Below, in pieces: positions 1 to 11,475 of a stretch of DNA of 64,000 nucleotides (positions are counted from its first letter, which is position 1; each line of letters begins with the position of its first letter). Made by a program: the position numbers and the translations under genes. The stretch covers positions 33,294,001 through 33,358,000 of the forward strand of contig NC_043010.1 in NCBI RefSeq assembly GCF_006345805.1. The letters are read 5' to 3'. Below the pieces are notes generated by a model. The model saw nothing but the letters and a program-made list of their open reading frames with translations. It ran no database searches and was not told the origin of the DNA. The DNA is from Octopus sinensis. Lineage: Eukaryota.

Positions 1-206
1 CCAAAAAAGTCCCCCACCACCACTCCTTTAAACCTGCCTAAATGTATAAATGCTAATACAATTCTTGTTAAATAGCTTCCTGAAGATTTCTCTTGAATGA
101 AACAGTACTAGTCCTGTAGAAGCTCCTTCTATATAATAAATTAATTTACTCTGCTATGTATTGAGTACCTTACTTACTGTGGTTAACCCCGAATCAATCC
201 GGGACC

Positions 207-210
<4 letters not shown>
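1..210 (+). mobile_element. Penelope-like terminal repeat (pLTR-like) copy 1, cut by the window edge
   Basis: Near-identical to 1710-1919 and matches the inverted copy at 3092-3360. Contains a hammerhead motif and ends at a (TA)n tract. Confidence 0.6.
74..124 (+). ncRNA. Type I hammerhead ribozyme motif, copy 1
   Basis: AGCTTC-CTGAAGA-TTTCTCTTGAAT-GAAA-CAG-TACTAGTC-CTG-TA-GAAGCT. Stem I is AGCTTC/GAAGCT, the CUGANGA and GAAA core boxes are present, stem III is ACAG/CTGT, and the cleavage triplet is GUA. Confidence 0.75.
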
Positions 211-236
<26 letters not shown>

Positions 237-237
<1 letters not shown>

Positions 238-1330
238 CATCATCATCATCATCATCATCATCATTGTTTAGCGTCCGCTTTCCATGCTAGCATGGGTTGG
301 ATGGTTTAACTGGGGTCTGGGATGCTAGAAGGCTGCACCAGGCCCAGTTTGATCTGGCAATGTTTCTACGGCTGGATGCCCTTCCTAACGCCAACCACTC
401 CATGAGTGTAGTGTGTGCTTTTTACGTGCCAGATGAGTCTGGCAAACGGCCACGATCGGATGGTACTTTTTATGTGCCACCGGCACGGGGGCCAGGCGAG
501 GCTGGCAACGGCCATGAACGGATGGTGCTTTTTACGTGCCACCAGCAAGTGGCCAGTCGGGGCGGCGCTGGCAACAGCCACGAAACGGATGGTGCTTTTT
601 ACGTGCCACCGGCACGAGGCCAGTCGGAGCGGCGCTGGCAACGGCCACGTTCTGATGGTTCTCTTACGTTGCACCGGCACTGGTAACTCAGCTGCAATTT
701 CCTTTGATCGATTTCGATTCTGATTCTCACTTGCCTCAACAGGTCTTCACGAGTAGAGTTTTGTGTCCCAAGAAGGGAAGGTATGCATAAGTGGGCTGAC
801 TACATCCCATGTAGAAGGCCACGGGTTATGGTCTCACTTGTCCTGCCGGGTCTTCTCACGCACAGCATACTTCCAGAGGTCTTGGTCTCTAGTCATTTCC
901 TCAGTGAGACCTAAAGTTCGAAGGTCGTGCTTCACCACCTCGTCCCAGGTTTTCCTGGGTCTGCCTCTTCCACAGGTCCCCTCAACCGCTAGGGTGTGGC
1001 ACTTTTTCACACAACTATCTTCATCCATTCTCGCCACATGTCCATACCAGCGCAAACGTCTCTCTTGCACACCACATCTAATGCTTCTTAGGTCCAACTT
1101 TTCTCTCAAGGTACTTACACTCCGTCGGGTATGAACACTGACATTACACATCTATTGGAGCATACTGGCTTCATTTCTTGCGAGCTTACGCATATCCTCA
1201 GCAGTCACGGCCCATGTTTCACTGCCATGTAGCATGGCTGTTCATACACACGCGTCATACAGTCTGCCTTTTACTCTATACGAGAGGCCTTTTGTCACCA
1301 GCAGAGGCAAGAGCGCTGCTGGTGACAATA
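237..1330 (-). mobile_element. 5'-truncated RTE-clade LINE 3' end, copy A
   Basis: ORF 834-1151 (RRLRWYGHVARMDE...GRGRPRKTW) is the typical RTE C-terminus. The 3' UTR has the TTGGCGTTAGGAAGGGCATCCAGC motif and a (GAT)n tail. Confidence 0.9.
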
Positions 1331-1359
1331 TATATATATATATATTATATACATATATA

Positions 1360-1399
<40 letters not shown>

Positions 1400-1645
1400 A
1401 TATATATTATGTGTATATATATATGTGTGTAGATACGTATACATGTGTGTATAGGTATAAGTGAGAATCTCCTTATTTACCTATAACTCTATCCCCCCTT
1501 TTTTTATATATATATTTTTTTATATATATATTTTTTTATATATATTTTTTATTTTTTTATTTTTTTATTTTTTATTTTTTATTTTATTTATTTTTTTATT
1601 TTTTTTAATTTTTATTTTTTTATTTTTTTATTTATCTATTCTTTC
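1328..1645. repeat. (TA)n/(TG)n microsatellite and T-rich low-complexity tract
   Basis: Read directly from the sequence. Confidence 0.9.
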
Positions 1646-1652
1646 ATCTAAC

Positions 1653-1919
1653 TTACCACTGACTCCTTGACCACTCCCCCAAGTATGATATTTTGCGCTA
1701 TGCCTACCCCCAAAAAAGTCCCCCACCACCACTCCTTTAAACCTGCCTAAATGTATAAATGCTAATACAATTCTTGTTAAATAGCTTCCTGAAGATTTCT
1801 CTTGAATGAAACAGTACTAGTCCTGTAGAAGCTCCTTCTATATAATAAATTAATTTACTCTGCTATGTATTGAGTACCTTACTTACTGTGGTTAACCCCG
1901 AATCAATCCGGGACCTACA
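1653..1919 (+). mobile_element. Penelope-like terminal repeat copy 2 (about 267 bp, longest direct copy)
   Basis: Direct repeat of 1-210 at offset 1709, with a hammerhead motif and a (TA)n tail. Confidence 0.6.
1783..1833 (+). ncRNA. Type I hammerhead ribozyme motif, copy 2
   Basis: Identical to 74-124. Confidence 0.75.
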
Positions 1920-1943
1920 TATATATATATATATATATATATA

Positions 1944-3037
1944 TCATCATCATCATCATCATCATCATCATTGTTTAGCGTCCGCTTTCCATGCTAGCAT
2001 GGGTTGGATGGTTTAACTGGGGTCTGGGATGCTAGAAGGCTGCACCAGGCCCAGTTTGATCTGGCAATGTTTCTACGGCTGGATGCCCTTCCTAACGCCA
2101 ACCACTCCATGAGTGTAGTGTGTGCTTTTTACGTGCCAGATGAGTCTGGCAAACGGCCACGATCGGATGGTACTTTTTATGTGCCACCGGCACGGGGGCC
2201 AGGCGAGGCTGGCAACGGCCATGAACGGATGGTGCTTTTTACGTGCCACCAGCAAGTGGCCAGTCGGGGCGGCGCTGGCAACAGCCACGAAACGGATGGT
2301 GCTTTTTACGTGCCACCGGCACGAGGCCAGTCGGGGCGGCGCTGGCAACGGCCACGTTCTGATGGTTCTCTTACGTTGCACCGGCACTGGTAACTCAGCT
2401 GCAATTTCCTTTGATCGATTTCGATTCTGATTCTCACTTGCCTCAACAGGTCTTCACGAGTAGAGTTTTGTGTCCCAAGAAGGGAAGGTATGCATAAGTG
2501 GGCTGACTACATCCCATGTAGAAGGCCACGGGTTATGGTCTCACTTGTCCTGCCGGGTCTTCTCACGCACAGCATACTTCCAGAGGTCTTGGTCTCTAGT
2601 CATTTCCTCAGTGAGACCTAAAGTTCGAAGGTCGTGCTTCACCACCTCGTCCCAGGTTTTCCTGGGTCTGCCTCTTCCACAGGTCCCCTCAACCGCTAGG
2701 GTGTGGCACTTTTTCACACAACTATCTTCATCCATTCTCGCCACATGTCCATACCAGCGCAAACGTCTCTCTTGCACATCACATCTAATGCTTCTTAGGT
2801 CCAACTTTTCTCTCAAGGTACTTACACTCCGTCGGGTATGAACACTGACATTACACATCTATTGGAGCATACTGGCTTCATTTCTTGCGAGCTTACGCAT
2901 ATCCTCAGCAGTCACGGCCCATGTTTCACTACCATGTAGCATGGCTGTTCATACACACGCGTCATACAGTCTGCCTTTTACTCTATACGAGAGGCCTTTT
3001 GTCACCAGCAGAGGCAAGAGCGCTGCTGGTGACAATA
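1944..3037 (-). mobile_element. 5'-truncated RTE LINE 3' end, copy B (tandem duplicate of copy A)
   Basis: ORFs 2004-2393 and 2541-2858 differ from the copy A ORFs at only a few positions. Confidence 0.9.
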
Positions 3038-3053
3038 TATATATATATATATT

Positions 3054-3091
<38 letters not shown>

Positions 3092-3095
<4 letters not shown>

Positions 3096-3360
3096 AGTCC
3101 CGAGTTGATTCGGGGTTAACCACAGTAAATAAGGTACTCAATACATAGCAGAGTAAAATTAATTTATTATATAGAAGGAGCTTCTACAGGACTAGAACTG
3201 TTTCATTCAAGAGAAATCTTCAGGAAGCTAGTTAACAAGAATTGTATTGGCATTTATACATTTAGGCAGGTTTAAAGGGGTGGTGGTGGGGGACTATTTG
3301 AGGGTAGGCATAGCGCAAAAAAATCACTCTTGGGGGAGTGGTCAAGGAGTCAGTGGTAAA
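3092..3360 (-). mobile_element. Inverted Penelope-like terminal repeat copy 3
   Basis: Reverse complement of 1653-1919 with a few substitutions. Confidence 0.6.
3179..3229 (-). ncRNA. Type I hammerhead ribozyme motif, copy 3
   Basis: The reverse complement reads AGCTTC-CTGAAGA-...-GAAA-CAG-TTCTAGTC-CTG-TA-GAAGCT. Confidence 0.7.
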
Positions 3361-3373
3361 TTCTTCTATCTAC

Positions 3374-3572
3374 TTTACCACTGACTCCTTGACCACTCCC
3401 CCAAGTATGATTTTTTTGCGCTATGCCTACCCCCAAATAGTCCCCCACCACCACCCCTTTAAACCTGCCTAAATGTATAAATGCCAATACAATTCTTGTT
3501 AACTAGCTTCCTGAAGATTTCTCTTGAATGAAACAGTTCTAGTCCTGTAGAAGCTCCTTCTATATAATAAAT

Positions 3573-3573
<1 letters not shown>
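3374..3573 (+). mobile_element. Penelope-like terminal repeat copy 4 (3'-truncated), head-to-head with copy 3
   Basis: Forms a palindrome with ~200-bp arms against 3162-3360, separated by a 13-bp spacer. Confidence 0.6.
3505..3555 (+). ncRNA. Type I hammerhead ribozyme motif, copy 4
   Basis: Same core as the other copies, with loop III TTCTAGTC. Confidence 0.7.
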
Positions 3574-3624
<51 letters not shown>

Positions 3625-3670
3625 TATATACATGTACATACATATATACATATACATATATATATATATA

Positions 3671-4070
3671 GGCGCAGGAGTGGCTGTGTGGTAAGTAGCT
3701 TGCTAACCAACCACATGGTTCCGGGTTCAGTCCCACTGCGTGGCATCTTGGGCAAGTGTCTTCTGCTATAGCCCCGGGCCGACCAATGCCTTGTGAGTGG
3801 ATTTCGTAGACGGAAACTGAAAGAAGCCTGTCGTATATATGTATATATATATATATGTGTGTGTGTGTATATGTTTGTATGTCCGTGTTTGTCCCCCTAG
3901 CATTGCTTGACAACCGATGCTGGTGTGTTTACGTCCCCGTAACTTAGCGGTTCGGCAAAAGAGACCGATAGAATAAGTCCCGTGGTCGATTTGCTCGACT
4001 AAAGGTGGTGCTCCAGCATGGCCGCAGTCAAATGACTGAAACAAGTAAAAGAGTAAAGAGTAAAAGAGTA
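3671..4070 (+). mobile_element. tRNA-derived SINE (octopod-type family)
   Basis: tRNA-like head (GGCTGTGTGGTAAG...GGTTCAGTCCC). The same body recurs at 11769, 14349 and in several degraded copies. Confidence 0.75.
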
Positions 4071-4163
4071 TATATATATATATATATATACATATACACA
4101 CACACATATATATATATACATATACATACATACATATATAAATATAGTATCATTATATATAGG

Positions 4164-4230
<67 letters not shown>

Positions 4231-4377
4231 AATATATATTTATATATACAAACTATACTACTCAAAACACCATACCTTCCCACTGCTTCCCCCAAAGAAT
4301 GTGTCTATATGTGTTTAAAATGTTGAAGTATGTATGTATACATCCATAATATGTGCATGTATGTGTATATGTGTGCC

Positions 4378-4410
<33 letters not shown>

Positions 4411-5522
4411 CACCTCAGTTTATGGCGGTGTTTTTGCTTGCACATGGGATCATAGTGCCCTCACATTGGCATTTGATAGCTTGTCCTGGCGTGTCTCTGG
4501 ATCATGTCAACAGGGTGCAAAGGATCAGTAAGGGGTCAGCCAAGCCTTATTGGATTTAAAATTCTAGGTTGTACAATCGCTAGGTAAGTGTCATTTACGA
4601 TACTTGGTCAATTAGGTGGGCCCTGCGGCATGCATGAAGGCCACAGCTGCGAATCTGAATAAAGCTGACCATGAACACAATACTACTTAGAACTGTCCTT
4701 GCAGAAATTTCACATGGTAGATGGTCATTGATGGCCTTTTTTACTCATGAGTGGATAACCATCGTCATCTTCACCATATATACATACACGAAAAATTCAT
4801 GTTTACATATATACATAACTACAAACAATCATACATACACGTATAAATCCAAACATAGGTATACACACACACACATATGTGTGCAAACGTAAACAACAAC
4901 ATACTTAAATACAAATACAACTGTACACATACACCCACGTACATTCATACACATGTATTTATATCCGTATATATGTACATATACATAGCTATCTGCGTAC
5001 CTGCCATTTCTTACACAATGAAACACACATTCAAATGCTGACTCACTATTTCTTTTCTTTAACAATTCTAAAATATCTCAATTTATTGTCATTGAATTTC
5101 TTATCCCTATTCAAATCTTAGGTCAACCTTTTCCGTCAATTTAGAAACACGTATGTATGAATGTATGTGGGTGTATGTATTTAGAAAAAATAGGTAAGAC
5201 CGAAATATGTATACGCTCACACCTATCCATCAATTCATCTATCTGTCTATACATACATGCATATACTCATATATACATATATATATAAATTGAATGTATA
5301 TACATATAAGTATATAATTAGGGGATATGTTAACCTTGTGAAGGGATGGTTGCATTCAAGGAAACACTGGTATTTTGGGGCAATGAAATACCTTTAAAAC
5401 AATAGGTATATATTAAGAATATAGTTTATATCCATTTCAAAAAAGAAAAGAAAATGGAGATAAGGAAGTTGATAGTTGTTTATTGCTTACAAAGTGGTCA
5501 TCTTCGCTGCTTACAATTGTTT

Positions 5523-6077
5523 TGTACTGACGCTATCCAACAGCGCGCGCGCGCGACGCCCTCTCGCGCATACGCGAAGACCGGAAGAGGGAATTAGCTT
5601 ATGTGTCGTTAGCTGATTGGGCGAAGGAACCCCTTGACAGGGCGTACAGAGACGGAGAGAGAAATAGCAGCAGTCAGCGGCGACTTGAGGCACAGCGGTC
5701 GAAGGCACCAGACGTGTAACTCTCTCTCTCTCTCTCTCTCCGGATTTGTTATAGCAGCAGTCAGCAGAAGACTTTCAACCTGACATTTGTTGCAGACCAC
5801 ATCATCTTCTCCCTCCGGACGCCATCTTGGCCAGTGTTGTTTGCATTTGAACATTGTAAAAGATTACAAGCGATAAAGTTCAGCTCTGACACATCCATAC
5901 CAAGCGGAACCAGATATACCACTTATTTCTTACCGTTATAAGAGAATAAAGTATATATTTTTTTTACGTTTGCGTCTTGTTGTTTCTGACTGGTAGAATC
6001 TGGATATTAAAAGCAACGGAAAGTGATTGCACCACTTGCACCCAGCAAGTGCAGGAGGTATATTAGTTCCCGTTACA
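5523..6077 (+). mobile_element. Solo LTR 1 (555 bp), probably Ty3/Gypsy
   Basis: Begins TGTAC and ends GTTACA. 4-bp direct flanks GTTT at 5519-5522 and 6078-6081. CpG-rich 5' half and AATAAA near 5945. Confidence 0.75.
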
Positions 6078-6247
6078 GTTTCAATAAATTAATTTACAAA
6101 TTTGTACATTAATATTGCATTTATGTGACATGAGTATAATTTCATCAGAGAAAAAAAGCTGCTCCTTTTGATGTTATATATGGACCCATCTTCTTTTTTC
6201 CTTTTAAATGGATATAAACTGTGTGTGTGTATATATACATATGTATG

Positions 6248-6280
<33 letters not shown>

Positions 6281-6309
6281 ATGTATATGTATATATCTGT
6301 ACATGTCTC

Positions 6310-7970
6310 TCATTGGACACTAAACTTCGCTTCTCTCCAGGGAGTAGAGTCTTAAGTGTTTCAAACTTTCCCAGTAGCTGAGCTGTTACAAAGAGACGAT
6401 CTTCTTTGTGAATCTTCTCTGGATTGCTTCAAGGTCCACTGTTAATTTCACACTGGTGGGTGGCCGTAGCTGTGAGCAATAATCTAGGCGGCTGAGGACG
6501 AATGTCTGCTAGTGGACCATCATGGTTTCCTTATCTCTGGTTCGGAATGTTCTTAGGATCCATCCAGCCAGTCGTCTGCACTTTGTCGCCATCCTGGTAA
6601 TGAGCACTTGGAAAGAGGTATCATCACTCATGTCTATACCCAGGTCCCTCACTGACTTAGGCTCTGGGGTTGAAATTCCCTGTGGACCAGTGTACCCTGT
6701 AAGTTAGGTTTTGATGCTGGTGGCGCAGGGCTTGGAATTTTTTGGCATTAACCCTTTCGTTACCAAACCGCCCAAAGCCGCCCGAAAAAATTTTGGTTAA
6801 TGTGACCAAACAGCCCAAAGCCGCCCCAAAAAGATTTTGGTTAATGTGACCAAACCACCCAAAGCCGCCCGAATTTACCTATTCATATTTAAATGAGAAT
6901 ATCAGAGCAAATCTCTTTAGTACATTCGTGAAAACACGTGATTATACTTCGTAAACAGTTCATCTACAGTTTTGTACAACGATCGACGTGTAATTTTAAT
7001 TCCCTGAATTTTGGGAGATTTTTTTCCACATTTTTTTCGGCATCGATTTTTCTTCAACTTTGAAAATGGATTGGAGTTTCATGTTATCAAGCATTGATTC
7101 TGAATTGGAAAATTTGTGAAGCAAATACTGGGTACTGTTGTGGATTTAGTTTTTATACAGGGAAACTAATGTTAGTCAGCATGGCTTAGGGTATGATGTG
7201 GTCTGGAAGTTATTGTTTGAAGCGATCAATGCGGAAACAAACTTACGCAAAATGTAAACAAAGACAAAATGGGGGTTCAAATTTCGGAAAATTTGTGAAG
7301 CAAATACTGGGTACTGTTGTGGATTTAGTTTTTATACAGGGAAAATAATGTTAGTCATCATGGCCTAGGGAACGATGTGGTCTGGAATTTATCACTTCCA
7401 TACCATAACCAGAGCCGTATATTATTTTTTGACCGATTTCTTTAGTTCGGTCAAACTTGCGGTGAATTCCAGTATTTCACTTTATTCCACCTTTATGGTA
7501 CATCTGTTGTGCATTAAATTCAACTGATGATATAGTGATGTGCACAATTCTTCTTTATCAAAATTTTGTTGCATACCCATTTGAATATTAGTTGATGATT
7601 CATTTTCTATGGTGATGTTGAAACAAAATTTTAATATTTTTACCTTTTGTTCAATTTAAAATTTTAATATTTTTACCTTTTGCTCAATTTACCTCGATTT
7701 ACCTGTAATTAAAGTCACTTTGAGACAAAAGTTATGCAATAGAATTGATTAAGAAACCTTTCTTTAATTATGTTCCAAATATCACATTAAAATGTTGATA
7801 AGTAAAAAAGTTACAGTTATTTAATGAAACAAGCCTAGATTCATGATTATTTTAGAATTTAATTGAAACTCATGAGGGGTGTATTTTGGTCAGAAATATA
7901 GTAATGAAAGAGTTAAACTGCATATTATTATCCTCAGCCAATCTATAAATGGAGTCCAACTCCTGCTGCT
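6310..7970 (-). mobile_element. Decayed CR1/L2-type LINE fragment, interrupted at a TTAA by a piggyBac-type MITE
   Basis: Minus-strand translation ...AEDNNMQFN|AKKFQAL...DLGIDMSDD...GWILRTFRTRD...SRLDYCSQL...LEAIQRRFTKKI...SYWESLKHLRLYSLE is the CR1-type RT C-terminus. It joins across the insertion. Confidence 0.75.
6752..7912. mobile_element. Non-autonomous piggyBac-type DNA transposon
   Basis: TTAA-CCCTTTCGTTAC ... GTAATGAAAGAG-TTAA termini. Subterminal ~46-bp tandem repeats and an internal ~175-bp duplication. Confidence 0.7.
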
Positions 7971-7989
7971 TATACATATACCTATAGAC

Positions 7990-8470
<481 letters not shown>

Positions 8471-8471
8471 A

Positions 8472-8952
8472 TGTTTTATGATCTAAAATGCTCCAGCTAG
8501 GGCGTGGTTGAACAAATCTTAGGAAATTGAACCATATTCATTATTGAATAGAAATCTAATCTGTTTCTCCTCTAAATATTTAACTTTCTAAGTAAAGCTG
8601 CAACGTGACTTAACTATGAAAATGAGAGGGAGAGACTAAGAGTGAGAGGGCGGGGAGGGAGGGAGAGGCAGACAGACAGGCAGAGGGTGGGTGCAATAAA
8701 GCCTAGAGAGATATAACAACGCAACAACTAAAAAATATCGGACAATGCCTGTCTGTCTGCCTCTCCCTCCCTCCCCGCCCTCTCACTCTTAGTCTCTCCC
8801 TCTCATTCTCATAGTTAAGTCACGTTGCCGCTTTACTTAGAAAGTTAAATATTTAGGGGAGAAAGAGATTAGATTTCTATTCAATAATGAATATGTTTCA
8901 ATTTCGTAAGATTTGTTCAACCACGCCCTAGCTGGAGCATTTTAGATCATAA

Positions 8953-8956
<4 letters not shown>
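8472..8956. mobile_element. Foldback/MITE with ~211-bp terminal inverted repeats
   Basis: 8472-8682 is the reverse complement of 8746-8956 with few mismatches. 63-bp spacer, inserted in a TA tract. Confidence 0.8.
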
Positions 8957-9009
<53 letters not shown>

Positions 9010-11189
9010 TCCTCATCATCATCATCATCATTTAGCGTCCGTTTTCCATGCTAGCATGGGTTGGACGGTTCTACTGGGGTCTGTGAAGCCGGAAGTCTGC
9101 ATCAGGCCCAGTCAGATCTGACAGTGTTTCTACGGCTGGATGCCCTTCCTAACGCCAACCACTCCGTGAGTGTAGTAGGTGCTTTTTACATGCCACCCGC
9201 ACAGGTGCCAGACGGAGCTGGCAAACGGCCACGAACGGATGGTGCTTTTACGTGCCACTGGCACAGGGGCCGGGCGAGGCTGGCAATGGACATGAGCGGA
9301 TGGTGCTTTTTACGTGCCACCGGCACGGGGGCCAGGCGAGGCTGGCAGCAGACACGAACGGAAGGTGCTTTTATGTGCCACCGGCACGGAGGCCAGTTGG
9401 GGCGGCGCCGGCAACGGCCACGATCGGATGGTTCGCTTAACCACAGCTACAACTTCCACTGATGCTGATCTACCTCAATTTTGGTTCTGCTTTCTGATAT
9501 CTGATTTGATTTGGTTTGATTTTCATTTTGATTTTGATTCTGACTGTTCTCATTGGTCTTGCCGGGTCTTCTCACGCACAGCATACTTCCAAAGGTCTCG
9601 GTTCCTTAGTGAGACCTAAAGTTCGAAGGTCGTGCTTCACCACCTCGTCCCAGGTTTTCCTGGGTCTACCTCTTCCACAGGTCCCCTCAACTGCCAGGGT
9701 GTGGCACTTTTTCACACCCCTATCTTCATCCATTCTCGCCACATGACCATACCAGCGCAATCGTCTCTCTTGCACACAACAACTGATGCTTCTTAGGTCC
9801 AACTTTTCTCTCAAGGTACTTACACTCTGTCGATTATGAACACTGACATTACACATCCATCGGAGCATACTAGCTTCATTTCTTGCGAGCTTACGCAAAT
9901 CCTCAGCAGTCACAGCCCATGTTTCACTACCATGTAGCATGGCTGTACGTACACATGCATCATACAGTCTGCCTTTTACTCTGAGCGAGAGGCCTTTTGT
10001 CACCAGCAGGGGTTAAGAGCTCTATAAACTTTGCCCAGGCTATTCTTGCTCTAGCAGTTACACTTTCAGCACACCCACCCCCGCTACTGACTTGGTCACC
10101 TAGGTAACGGAAGCTATCAACTACTTCTAGTTTTTCTCCCTGGAACGTGGTAGAAGTTGGTCTCTGCATATTTTCAGAGTTTATTGCTCCTGAGCATCTG
10201 CCACAGATAAAAACTATTTTCCTAGTTAGTCTTCCTTTGACATTACTACATCTCTTATGTGTCCATAGCTTACATTTAGTGCATCTTATAGAGTTTCTAC
10301 CTACGCCTTTTCTACAGATCGAGCAGGGCCATCTACCTGAAGGCGTTTGTGATTGGTCTACCTTCCTACATATTAGGACTTTGGTTTTGGCTAGGTTGAT
10401 TCTAAGGCCCTTCGATTCTAAACCTTGCTTCCACACCTGAAACTTCTCCTCCAGTTCTGATAGAGACTCAGCAATTAGAGCAAGGTCATCAGCATAGAGG
10501 AGCTCCCAGGGGCATCCTGTCTTGAATTCCTCCGTTATTGCCTGGAGGACTATGATAAATAGGAGGGGACTGAGGACTGAACCTTGGTGGACCCCAACCT
10601 CTACCCGGAATTCTTCACTGTACTCGATGCCAACCCTCACCTTGCTAGCAGCATCTCTGTACATGGCTTGTACAGCTCTCACTAACCATTCATCTATCCC
10701 TAGTTTCCTCATTGACCACCAGATAAGAGATCGGGGGACCCTGTCGAAGGCTTTCTCCATATCAACAAAAGCCAGGTATTGGGGCTTGTCTTTGGCTAGG
10801 TATTTCTCCTGCAGCTGTCTTACCAGGAATATAGCATCAGTAGTATTTTTCCCTAGCACGAACCCAAACTGCATCTCATCTAAGCTAACTCTCTCTCTAA
10901 TTAGTTGGGCTATAACCCTCTCCGTAACCTTCATTACCTGATCCAACAGCTTGATACCCCTGTAGTTATTTGTATCAAGGGCGTCACCTTTACCTTTGTA
11001 ACAGTTGACTATTATGCTGCTACACCAGTCATTGGGTATGACTCCTTCGTGTATCACCTGGTTAACTATACGAGTGACTAGGCTATAGCCGACACTACCA
11101 GATATTTTGAGCATCTCTGCAGTAATTCCTGATGGGCCTGGGGCTTTCCCTGTTTTCATGCTTGTAATTGCCTTAACTACTAAGGAACT
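9010..11189 (-). mobile_element. 5'-truncated RTE-clade LINE with most of the reverse transcriptase (frameshifted)
   Basis: ORF 9960-11306 has KAPGPSGI, YRGIKLL, QFGF, AFVDMEKAFDRV, GVHQGSVLSPLLF and LLYADD motifs. The frame shifts near 10015 and continues in ORF 9572-10003, followed by the RTE 3' UTR and (GAT)n tail. The ORF N-terminus upstream of ~11190 is flanking DNA. Confidence 0.92.
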
Positions 11190-11423
11190 GTTCCTTTCTG
11201 ATAGATTTTTTCCTCTTATCTGCATGATAAGAGGAAAAAATCTATCAGAAAGGAACTCTAATCTCTCTTTAAAAAATATATTTTGATAAGCATAACAAAT
11301 GCGCAACCGGTAAAAAGAACTTCACCTAATTAAATTACTTAAATTACTTAAATTATTTTGTCAGCATTTTCTTCATTTCCTTTTTTATATATCACAACTC
11401 GTGTTCCACTTCTCCTTTTTTAA

Positions 11424-11475
<52 letters not shown>

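Noticed and set aside
297-723. Overlapping 100-130 aa ORFs (also at 2004-2430 and 9061-9619)
   Set aside because: They lie in the RTE 3' UTR, are open on several frames and both strands because of short internal repeats, and show no protein motifs.
11190-11306. N-terminal extension of the 448-aa RT ORF
   Set aside because: It reads through the hairpin and AT-rich flank. RTE homology stops near 11189.
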